NCBI GenBank assembly: GCA_018813725.1
Contig: JAHJBD010000045.1
Coordinates: 1-32,048 of the forward strand
Source: Nanobdellota archaeon
Lineage (GTDB): Archaea; Nanobdellota; Nanobdellia; Woesearchaeales; JAHJBD01
DNA length: 32,048 nucleotides
Reading direction: 5' to 3'
Positions 1-8,204 of this stretch are shown here, in pieces (the first letter of the stretch is position 1; each line of letters begins with the position of its first letter). Below the pieces are notes generated by a model. That model was given only the letters and a program-made list of their open reading frames with translations. It was not told the origin of the DNA and did no database searches. The position numbers and the translations under genes are program-made.

Positions 1-274
1 CAGCTTGTTCTATGCCAGTCTCTGTAAGTTCAGCAAAAGAGCATCGTCCCTGGAACATACCCTTTGCATCTTCTCTAACATTGACTTCTGATTGTCCATG
101 TCTTACAAAAAAGAACTGATGCGAGGTTGGGTATCTGACACAGGTAGAAGGTACTATATTTCCCATCATCGTGCAGAGCTGTTCAGTGCAATATTCCATA
201 AGGTCCAGGTCATATGTAAGCGTACCGCAATTGTAACAATCCTTGTCAACCCTTGGAGGAGCTATTCCTATCAT
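1..274 (-). CDS. Histidine phosphatase (phosphoglycerate mutase superfamily) with Cys-rich N-terminal extension; runs off the window edge
   Basis: Not in the ORF track. Manual translation from ATG at 274 (ATGA overlap with the radical SAM stop) gives MIGIAPPRVDKDCYNCGTLTYDLDLMEYCTEQLCTMMGNIVPSTCVRYPTSHQFFFVRHGQSEVNVREDAKGMFQGRCSFAELTETGIEQA..., containing the RHGQS-N and LT-G-EQA motifs. Confidence 0.88.
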   Translation of the reverse strand, partial: MIGIAPPRVDKDCYNCGTLTYDLDLMEYCTEQLCTMMGNIVPSTCVRYPTSHQFFFVRHGQSEVNVREDAKGMFQGRCSFAELTETGIEQA

Positions 275-1098
275 CTTTTCATCCTCCCAGCAATAACCTT
301 TTCACGTTCGGCAATATTCCTGTTAATCTCATCCAATATATTTTGGTTCCATGTTTCTGGTTTCAGGATATTGCCTGCTTGTACATAATCCTCTCCTACA
401 GTAGTGTACATATTTCCGTCTGGCATGATGAACAGGTATGCGATGTCGTGTACTGGAACGCTGTATCTGACTGGGATTACTCCTGCAAATCTTTCCACAG
501 TCTTTTGAGCGACAGTTTCGAATTCTTCATAATCCAACCTAAACTTCTCAGGGTGTCTTCCAATAGCCTGATAGTAGTTTAATTTCCAGGTGAATCTTGG
601 ATTATCGGCATATTTTTTCAGGACTGCGCCAATATCGTCAAGAATGTCTTTATTCTTTTTTGTCACAACAGTCAGTACCTGGAAACTAATATCTGGATAT
701 TTGGAGGTTATATCTAATGCTTGCAGCACATTGGCAAAATGTCCTGGCTTCCTTGCTTGAGCATTAGTCTCATCGTTATAACCATCTAAACTGAAAGAGG
801 TCTTGTCAACATATGGCAGTATCTCTTTATGTCTTTGTCCCAAAAGATTCGTGTTTGTGAAAAGAAAAGTGGTCAAACCATCTTGTTTGGCCCTGTATAG
901 CATATCAGGAAGCTTATCTTCCAATAGGGGTTCTCCGCCAGTGAATACCAACTGTTTGACTCCATTTTCTGTTACAGCATCAATCACATCAATAGGCATA
1001 TCCTTCTTGTAGTCTGGCATATTTGAACCCCAACAGACGCCACAGTTCATGTCACACTTTCTGGTGACAATGTAGTCAACGCTATTTGGAAAGCTCAT
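271..1098 (-). CDS. Radical SAM enzyme, viperin-like architecture
   Basis: CDMNCGVC (CxxxCxxC), FTGGEP, FTN, SLDG, TVVTKKN, WK and YLFIMPDG motifs; 275 aa; no C-terminal SPASM/twitch cysteines. Confidence 0.9.
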   Translation of the reverse strand: MSFPNSVDYIVTRKCDMNCGVCWGSNMPDYKKDMPIDVIDAVTENGVKQLVFTGGEPLLEDKLPDMLYRAKQDGLTTFLFTNTNLLGQRHKEILPYVDKTSFSLDGYNDETNAQARKPGHFANVLQALDITSKYPDISFQVLTVVTKKNKDILDDIGAVLKKYADNPRFTWKLNYYQAIGRHPEKFRLDYEEFETVAQKTVERFAGVIPVRYSVPVHDIAYLFIMPDGNMYTTVGEDYVQAGNILKPETWNQNILDEINRNIAEREKVIAGRMKR

Positions 1099-2099
1099 CT
1101 CCAGAAAAAAGTCCCTCCTTTCTTTAGTCCTTCATATCTGACCTTGTCTTTTGGATTCTTGTATCCTGGGATGTATACTGTCGGCTCAAATGTTAAGAAT
1201 TCAAGACCTGTTGGCCGGTTATTATACCCTATCAAAGTCATCGCAGTTTTTAGGTGATGCGCAAACCCTTCATATAAGGAATTGATGGACTCCGCTTCCA
1301 TAAGTTGACCTTTTTGCCTTCTCGTCTTTATTGCAAAGGCTTGGGCATCTACTATGTATATCCCTGCTAGTGCCAACCAGTCTGGATCATCAACAACCCG
1401 GCGTGGCATGCAGGGGTGTTCATATATTCTTTGCTCTCTTTGATTGATCCTGGCAAATCTTGTGTGGCTGTCTTGATAATTTGCAAGTTCTTCTGCTAAT
1501 TCATCTTTTGTTCTGTTAGACCCATCTGATAATCTTCTGGCAAAAACCATCGCCTCTCTTTGGCTTTGGACCAATCCATGCAGTGCGTTAATGATGTCTG
1601 GAAAGTATACACCGAATTTTGCTCCGTCAACTAATGCAATATATTTTGGCGGTTTGACAAAATGCCTGATGAAAGTGACTGAGCCGTTTGATGCTGTTAT
1701 CTGCAACCCGTCAACCGAATGCATAGGTCTATGGTGCGCGTCATATAATTGGTCTTCAGACTGTAGTATGAAGCTAGTCCTATGTCCAAAGTTGTTATAC
1801 GGTGACAGTAGGTCCACATAAACTGGTTTTTGTTCTGCTAAAAGGTGAAGGTAGAAGGGTACTTCTTTAGGCACATCCTGCATCACGTTAGATAATGGCC
1901 TGTCACCATCAACCAATAAAGCTAGTGGTTTTGGCTGTTTGCAGTCTGCTCTCCTGCCTCTGCCGCCGCATTGGATAACGATAGCAAAATCATCAGAACG
2001 CATCAATTGCTCATATGTGGATAGCGCTTCTGTGCTTATCGGCGGTGTCCTATTTGCTTGGATGCATCTTTCGATGAGCTGATCGAGAGTTTTTGTCAT
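1095..2099 (-). CDS. Divergent GT-A-fold nucleotidyltransferase-like protein (resembles the UDP-sugar pyrophosphorylase/UAP1 family)
   Basis: QCGGRGRR...PKP resembles the GGxGxR..PK signature; VPFYL, NFG, ILQ and ASNGS occur in the order seen in the UDPGP family. ATG at 2099 is preceded by a GGTGA SD; ATGA overlap with the radical SAM gene. Confidence 0.55.
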   Translation of the reverse strand: MTKTLDQLIERCIQANRTPPISTEALSTYEQLMRSDDFAIVIQCGGRGRRADCKQPKPLALLVDGDRPLSNVMQDVPKEVPFYLHLLAEQKPVYVDLLSPYNNFGHRTSFILQSEDQLYDAHHRPMHSVDGLQITASNGSVTFIRHFVKPPKYIALVDGAKFGVYFPDIINALHGLVQSQREAMVFARRLSDGSNRTKDELAEELANYQDSHTRFARINQREQRIYEHPCMPRRVVDDPDWLALAGIYIVDAQAFAIKTRRQKGQLMEAESINSLYEGFAHHLKTAMTLIGYNNRPTGLEFLTFEPTVYIPGYKNPKDKVRYEGLKKGGTFFWR

Positions 2100-2116
2100 T
2101 GAATTCACCAAATCTA

Positions 2117-2196
2117 CGATATATTACGCTAATTTAGCATATATATCTATTCGATATAATTGATATATTGATATATCATTTAGAAAGGTTTAAATA
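2117..2196. promoter_or_regulatory. Divergent promoter region with repeated GATATA boxes and a TATA box
   Basis: GATATA at 2118, 2153, 2162 and 2170, plus an inverted copy at 2142-2147; perfect palindrome TGATATATCA at 2169-2178; TTTAAATA at 2189, 30 nt before ATG 2219. Confidence 0.6.
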
Positions 2197-2218
2197 AACC
2201 AGAAGAATTGTAATCAGT

Positions 2219-3136
2219 ATGAAAAGGAAGGTTATCAAGCAGGGGAATGGGACGCTTACTATGACCTTGCCAAAAAAGTGGGCAGATTCAGTGGGACTTA
2301 CCGAGAATTCAGAGCTTGACATAATTGAGCAAGGACATAGTATTCAAGTGACTAGTTCCTCTGCTCAGAAAGGAACACAGATTGAGATCTCATTAGACTC
2401 CAATAATCGTACTTACATCAGGCAGGTTTTAAATAATATCTACTTAACAGGTTATGATGAAGTAAATGTTATTGATGTAGAGCCAGGCAGCTTAAAGACC
2501 ATCCGTGAGGTTATAGAAGATTTGCTTGGGTATCAGATTATCCAGTATTCAAGGAATAGCTGTTTGATAAGGAACCTTTCTAAAGAGGATGATACTGAAT
2601 TTTCAGCTCTACTTCGAAGAATCTTCTTGTTAGTCAAATTGCAACTTGATCTTATGATAGAGGATTTTTCTGGCCAAAAATTAGATAATCATCAGCAATT
2701 ATTTGAGATTGGCAAGTCAATCCATAGGTTTGTTTATTACTGCAGAAGACTGTTGATCAAGACTAGGATGTTTTCTAATTACAAATCCACAAGAATGTAT
2801 CTATTGATAACTAGGTTATTAACAATATCTCATAGTGTTGAATATCTATATGATTCGTTATCAGGTAGTCCAGTCATATCTAAACAAGAGCTAGAGTATT
2901 GCAAGGATACTGCTGAATATTTTCAATTATTTTACAGTCTATTCTATCAGTTGAAACACAAGTCGATCTATAAATTATCAGAGGGTAAAGAAGATCTTTT
3001 AGATCAACGCTTGCTTAAATTGTTATCATCAAAGAGTTCCAATCATATCGTGATCCATTATTGTGCCCAGATAATCAGGGATATCGCTAGAAATGGAGGT
3101 ATTCTTTTTACTCTGAAGGACGAGCATCTTTCATAA
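2219..3136 (+). CDS. AbrB/MazE/SpoVT N-terminal DNA-binding domain plus PhoU-like helical domain regulator
   Basis: N-terminus MKRKVIKQGNGTLTMTLPKKW followed by YLTGYDE, L.GYQII and LRRIFLL, typical of archaeal phosphate-uptake-regulator-like proteins. Confidence 0.85.
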   Translation: MKRKVIKQGNGTLTMTLPKKWADSVGLTENSELDIIEQGHSIQVTSSSAQKGTQIEISLDSNNRTYIRQVLNNIYLTGYDEVNVIDVEPGSLKTIREVIEDLLGYQIIQYSRNSCLIRNLSKEDDTEFSALLRRIFLLVKLQLDLMIEDFSGQKLDNHQQLFEIGKSIHRFVYYCRRLLIKTRMFSNYKSTRMYLLITRLLTISHSVEYLYDSLSGSPVISKQELEYCKDTAEYFQLFYSLFYQLKHKSIYKLSEGKEDLLDQRLLKLLSSKSSNHIVIHYCAQIIRDIARNGGILFTLKDEHLS

Positions 3137-4907
3137 ATGCCCTAAAACCTTTTTTTAGATCTTCTGTGAATTCAAAAGCGCTATGATATCTGTCTTCTGG
3201 CTTGTATTGTAGGGTTTTATCAATTACCTTGGCAACTTCTGGGTGAACATGGCTATAATCTACAGTTACCTGTGAGAATTTATCAGAATCACTTACAATT
3301 GCAACTATCTCTGTTGAATCATCAGATATTGGGTGGTGTCCTGTGAGCATATGATATAAGATTGCTCCAACTGAATAAAGGTCTGAGGCAGGCGTTAATG
3401 CTTGTTCTTGGTTAAGCAATTCCGGGCTTGAGTATCTTCTAGAAGCATAACCTTTAACCTCATGTGAATCAGAAGATGTCAAGCCGAAATCAATCAGATA
3501 TGTGCCTTTAGGTCCAATTATAATATTATTCGGAGAAACGTCATTGTGAACATAACCTCTGCTATGTATACCCCCCAGGACCTCTAAAACATGTATAAAG
3601 TATTCTGCTACTGTAGCTATCGCGATGCTGGTTGGGTGTCCTGATCTTATAGATTCTAGATGGTCAGCTATAACCTTATCTAAGGATATGCCTTCTACAT
3701 ACTCATATTTATCACAATTGACTTTTTTATCCATGACTTTTATTGCTATGTCACCATAGAAATTAGGTACACCTTTTACACCAGTCAAATCGTGCATAAC
3801 AGAGAATTCTTTTTCAGAAATGTACGCCAGGCCTATCTCTGTCATCTGCCTCCTCCCAGATGGGCTGTCTGCTTCTTGTTTTGGCACTAGCATAACTTCA
3901 CAAATATTTTTTCCTTGTGTAGGAAGTTCTTTTCTTATCAGTATTGCTGTAAATGTGCTTCCGTCACCGATTTTCCTTTCAGTATTGTAGTCAGGAACAT
4001 ACATTGCAGCCAGCTGGACTAATTCCTGTTCATTGTTGCATTGTGCTTCAGAAATTAGTCGGTTTAGATTATCTAGGAAACCCTTATCGTGTGATATATC
4101 AGGTGGAAGTTGGTATATCTCCTTGAATAGATATTCAGTTACATAAGGGTGGTCTTGGCATTCCATTGTTATAGCTAGCCTTGTTGCAGAAGCCAAATAT
4201 TCTTTTACCTTAGGTATGTCGAATTCAGTTGGCATATCTGCTCTAAAGTAGAAACAACGATATTGTTCCGGTGATGTAGTCAGAAATATATCTACTATTT
4301 GCCTTGCAAAATCAAAATGATCCATCAATGCGGCAACATAATCAGTATTAATCTGGTCAAGCTTAATTCTTCTTGCATGTTTGTCTGAAGTATCGGCTAC
4401 TGTCCTAACAAACTGGACAACCCTCTTGTTAGCAAGATCATGCACTCTATTTTCAAGCATTTGTTCTAGACCGCGGTTTGTGTATAAGTGTTCTCTAGGA
4501 GATGTGCATATTATATGTATAAGCTCTTCAGCATAACCTTCAATACGCGCATGACTTCCATAGTATCTTTCATCTTGGTTGTCTAGTTCACCTAAAACAT
4601 ATTGCCTGAATTTAAATCCGTCTGGGACAGCATGTGGTAGGCCGTCTGGCCTAAACCAGTAGTTATAAGATTCTACAACAGCTTCCGGAAGGTCTCTTTG
4701 AGCATTATTGAATGCTTCTATTATAGCATTATCACTGCATTCTTGTGAGAGTACAGTAACTAACCTTTCTATGTTGTCTAATATTTGCTCTCTTTTATCT
4801 GGGTCAAGGTGAGCACCATCTAAAACTAAATGATTTATTGTCTCGTGGATAGGTGCCAGCTGTGCTGCCAGTGCATCGTATTCTAGGCTGTAGATTGTAT
4901 TGATCAT
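3108..4907 (-). CDS. Hanks-type Ser/Thr protein kinase, C-terminal kinase domain with ~300-aa uncharacterised N-terminal region
   Basis: IGDGST, HNDVSPNNII, LIDFGL, YSSPE, SDLYSVG and PEDRY motifs. Start reassigned to ATG 4907 (GAGGT SD, ATGA overlap with the NACHT gene stop). Confidence 0.9.
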   Translation of the reverse strand: MINTIYSLEYDALAAQLAPIHETINHLVLDGAHLDPDKREQILDNIERLVTVLSQECSDNAIIEAFNNAQRDLPEAVVESYNYWFRPDGLPHAVPDGFKFRQYVLGELDNQDERYYGSHARIEGYAEELIHIICTSPREHLYTNRGLEQMLENRVHDLANKRVVQFVRTVADTSDKHARRIKLDQINTDYVAALMDHFDFARQIVDIFLTTSPEQYRCFYFRADMPTEFDIPKVKEYLASATRLAITMECQDHPYVTEYLFKEIYQLPPDISHDKGFLDNLNRLISEAQCNNEQELVQLAAMYVPDYNTERKIGDGSTFTAILIRKELPTQGKNICEVMLVPKQEADSPSGRRQMTEIGLAYISEKEFSVMHDLTGVKGVPNFYGDIAIKVMDKKVNCDKYEYVEGISLDKVIADHLESIRSGHPTSIAIATVAEYFIHVLEVLGGIHSRGYVHNDVSPNNIIIGPKGTYLIDFGLTSSDSHEVKGYASRRYSSPELLNQEQALTPASDLYSVGAILYHMLTGHHPISDDSTEIVAIVSDSDKFSQVTVDYSHVHPEVAKVIDKTLQYKPEDRYHSAFEFTEDLKKGFRAFMKDARPSE

Positions 4908-7882
4908 ATCAACCTCTCTGGTGGGATCAAGCCTTGTGGTTTTAATCCTGCATGAGTTGCTCCCAAAGCTTCGTGGAATGTTCCAGAAGATCGATAACCA
5001 TAATTTGGATTCTTTGCGGCATAGTTTTGAGGCAGCCATTGAAGAGCATCATGGATGAACCTTTCAGGGTCTATGGCACTAAGAGTTCCTGCAAACTTCT
5101 GCAAGTGCGCATAACGTGTCATGGCTTCTACTACTAATGGATAAATCTCTGGGTCAACTGACCTGCCTCTTTCTCTTCTTCTTCTGCATACTTGTCCCAA
5201 ATAATCAGCTACCCTTGAAGTGTCACTAAATTTATCACTGGTCCTTGCGTAATGGTGCTTAAAATACTCATTTGCTTCCTTAATATAACTTTTTGCTTTA
5301 TCTACCAATCTTTCATCGTCAAATCTTGAAAGTAGCTTACAGATATGGCCAAAACAGTTATTTTCCATTTGAGAAAGATTCACTAGCACATCTGGCAGGC
5401 CTGAATTGGTTCTTGCCTCAAGGGAAGCCAGATTGTTCTGATCTTCAAAACGGTATAGTACACTACTTGCATATTTACCATCTGCTTTTATGTAATCAAC
5501 TAATGCCTTGTACGCAGATACACTATCCCATGTGACTATATGATGTAAGTCGCTTTCATTAAAATCTTCTGCATTCATTGCATCCAAAACTATTTTTGCT
5601 AAGCGAGGATCTTGAGAAGATGGGGCAACTGCTGCCCACCATACATCCCTCAAATTATTGATATGTCTTGCGACAAACGCTTCCCCTTCAAATATGGGCT
5701 CATCCGTAAACCAATAAGCCAGCTTATCCTCTATCTGAAAAATGAGCTCTCCAGATTCTGGTAAAGCTCTTCTTATAAAGCTTCTACTTTCTGCGTGCGA
5801 TGCTGATTTCATCGCTACTTCAACTGCTTTGGTAAGGTATGCTGGATCAGTGTGGCATGACTGATATAGAAAATCAAACCTGTCTGGTTGGTCTGTTCTT
5901 GTCACTGCTATTACTTCTGCTTCTATATTTTGGTTTCCCTGTTCAATTGCCTTGGTTAAAGCTTCTTTCTTTTGAATGTATGTCGGTTCAACTGTGGTCG
6001 GTTCAGGTTTTTTTACAGTGGTTGTATGGATACTTATGTCAAATATACTTTTTTCTCTACGTTTTTCAGATTCTTTATCGTGTCTTGCTTGAAGTGCTGC
6101 GTAACAAGGATGATCTTTATCAATATCCAAGAATAATAAGGAGTCCATCACACTGCTTACATGTTCTGGAGAACCAAAACGAGCAGTATGAGCTGTTTCG
6201 TACATGATCTTGGCTAAGGTATTGGCATCGTTACCTACCTGGTAAATGAAATTATCAATCACTTCTGGTTCATCAAACTTTCTATCTTCATTGGAGGGTA
6301 ATCCCAAAACAGATTTATGGCCATAGATAAAACTGACAACTTTCGGATTGTAGCCCATGGCCTGGAAAAGGCCAACCTTTCTGCGGGCTGGATCATTTGT
6401 GCCTGGCTTGTTTTCGGTAAATCTAATCCTGTTTAGCTCATCAATTATCTTCTTGCATATTGCTTCCCTTTGAGCGTATGGCTTTGTAGGTGCTGAATGT
6501 GTTAGCATATCACAAGCCATGAAGAAGTTTGAATTGAAAGGATTGTATGCTTCAGGATGTGAATACGAAATGCCCATAAAAACTTCTGCAAAACCATTAT
6601 TTTGGTGCATAGCGAAATATGGTTCAAGCATTGTTTCTATCAAGGCATCTAATTCTCTTGGTTGCAGTAATCCTGATAAGAAAATCATTGTCTGATCCCA
6701 TGCTGGAAGAAGCCCCCTATTTGGCCCATCTATCAGTTGAGTGCTGAACCAACGTGTTGCTGGTTCTCGGAAAGACACATAATCTTCCCAAACCTGTTGA
6801 GTTGTAATGTGACCCTCCCTCACCTCTTTTGCTATATGCCTTGCTGCAAAGTATTCTTGCAGTGTCCTATGCATAAACTGTATCCTGCTATTTGTGAATG
6901 TCACAAGGTTACTGCCCATCACTACAGGTAATACCTCTGAAAGGTATTCTCCATAGCTCTGTCTTAAATTTTCTAAGATTTTTGCTTCATTAGCAGGTGT
7001 ATCTGCTAATTGAGGGTCTGTGTGTAATTGGAATCCAATTTCTGCCATAACATCCAGAGCATCTTGTGACAATTTTCTGTTTTTGTCTATCTTTTCCCTA
7101 TCTGCAAACTCTTCTTCTACGATCTGGCGGTACAGGTGTGCAATATTTGTCACATTAAATGGCCTATGCTGCAGGAAGGCTCTTTCATATAATCTTGTTA
7201 CAAAACTTAGTAATAATGGATTTGTGCAGAAATCTAATAGGTTACTGTCTTGTTTAATTGTTTCATATAATCCTCTATAATCAAATGGCGACTGCTTGTA
7301 TTTTTCTTTTAAGAATCTTTCAATATCTCTGATCTTTGCTGGCTGGAGTACATATTCATCAAATCCGTTAAATCCAGTCTTGGTATTAGGTCTTGTTGAG
7401 ACCATAACTGGAAACCTTGCATTATTTATCTGTTCAATCAACCTTTGCTTTTCAAGAGCTACTTCGTCTAAACCGTCTAGAAAAACAGCAAACTTGCCTG
7501 TATCAAGCAGATGTGTTGTAACTTGGGCAAAATCAGGAAGCCTTGTTTGTCTTACGATAAACTCTTCTAGGGGTGAACCATCGTATTCAGATAATCTTAT
7601 ATAGATTGGCACTTTGCTCTCTTTTAAAGCAGCTTTCTGAAGGGCAACACTTTTACCTGATCCTGGTGGTCCAACTAATAATGTCCTTTGGGTTTGAATA
7701 TAACTGAGCGGCTGAATATGCTCATTTTTATTTCTAACTTCTAGGTCAAGAGAACAATCGCCTAGTGGAATAATCGTTGGCGCTACCCTACGAAGCCTAT
7801 CTTCTAATGTTGACCTAATTTGGTGTTCAACTTCAAATTCTGGAGTAGATACTCTGAGAAGTTCTGCATGGATTTTGCGCAA
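4904..7882 (-). CDS. NACHT-family STAND NTPase with long helical C-terminal region
   Basis: Walker A GPPGSGKS, Walker B FLDGLDEV, STRP, NPLLL and FMHRTLQEYFAA. Start uncertain: the frame is open up to 7927. Confidence 0.9.
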   Translation of the reverse strand: MRKIHAELLRVSTPEFEVEHQIRSTLEDRLRRVAPTIIPLGDCSLDLEVRNKNEHIQPLSYIQTQRTLLVGPPGSGKSVALQKAALKESKVPIYIRLSEYDGSPLEEFIVRQTRLPDFAQVTTHLLDTGKFAVFLDGLDEVALEKQRLIEQINNARFPVMVSTRPNTKTGFNGFDEYVLQPAKIRDIERFLKEKYKQSPFDYRGLYETIKQDSNLLDFCTNPLLLSFVTRLYERAFLQHRPFNVTNIAHLYRQIVEEEFADREKIDKNRKLSQDALDVMAEIGFQLHTDPQLADTPANEAKILENLRQSYGEYLSEVLPVVMGSNLVTFTNSRIQFMHRTLQEYFAARHIAKEVREGHITTQQVWEDYVSFREPATRWFSTQLIDGPNRGLLPAWDQTMIFLSGLLQPRELDALIETMLEPYFAMHQNNGFAEVFMGISYSHPEAYNPFNSNFFMACDMLTHSAPTKPYAQREAICKKIIDELNRIRFTENKPGTNDPARRKVGLFQAMGYNPKVVSFIYGHKSVLGLPSNEDRKFDEPEVIDNFIYQVGNDANTLAKIMYETAHTARFGSPEHVSSVMDSLLFLDIDKDHPCYAALQARHDKESEKRREKSIFDISIHTTTVKKPEPTTVEPTYIQKKEALTKAIEQGNQNIEAEVIAVTRTDQPDRFDFLYQSCHTDPAYLTKAVEVAMKSASHAESRSFIRRALPESGELIFQIEDKLAYWFTDEPIFEGEAFVARHINNLRDVWWAAVAPSSQDPRLAKIVLDAMNAEDFNESDLHHIVTWDSVSAYKALVDYIKADGKYASSVLYRFEDQNNLASLEARTNSGLPDVLVNLSQMENNCFGHICKLLSRFDDERLVDKAKSYIKEANEYFKHHYARTSDKFSDTSRVADYLGQVCRRRRERGRSVDPEIYPLVVEAMTRYAHLQKFAGTLSAIDPERFIHDALQWLPQNYAAKNPNYGYRSSGTFHEALGATHAGLKPQGLIPPERLI

Positions 7883-8018
7883 TATTTCTGCTTCTATTTG
7901 GCTCTCAGTTTCACTGATTTTTATCGCCTATAATATATAAATGAACGTGACCTTATAAACCTTAACAAGTGCTCATGATAACAATACCTTTAAATATCAT
8001 TTTGTCTTTCATATTCTT

Positions 8019-8201
8019 ATGCCAATCGTAGAAGTTAAGATGTGGTCAGGTAGGACTGAGGAACAAAAGGAACAGATAATCCAAGGTATTACAAAAGTAC
8101 TTGAGGATGTTGGTGTTCCTGCTGAAAAGACTACTGTAATAATCACAGATTATCCTAAGTCTAATTGGGGAACTAAAGGAGTGCAAGCTTCTAAACTATA
8201 G
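8019..8201 (+). CDS. 4-oxalocrotonate tautomerase family protein
   Basis: 60 aa, catalytic Pro after Met, GRTEEQK and NWG motifs; TATA box at 7989. Confidence 0.92.
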   Translation: MPIVEVKMWSGRTEEQKEQIIQGITKVLEDVGVPAEKTTVIITDYPKSNWGTKGVQASKL

Positions 8202-8204
8202 AAA

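Noticed and set aside
4908..5039. N-terminal extension of the kinase given by the ORF track
   Set aside because: Overlaps the NACHT gene by more than 130 nt; ATG 4907 has an SD and an ATGA coupling.
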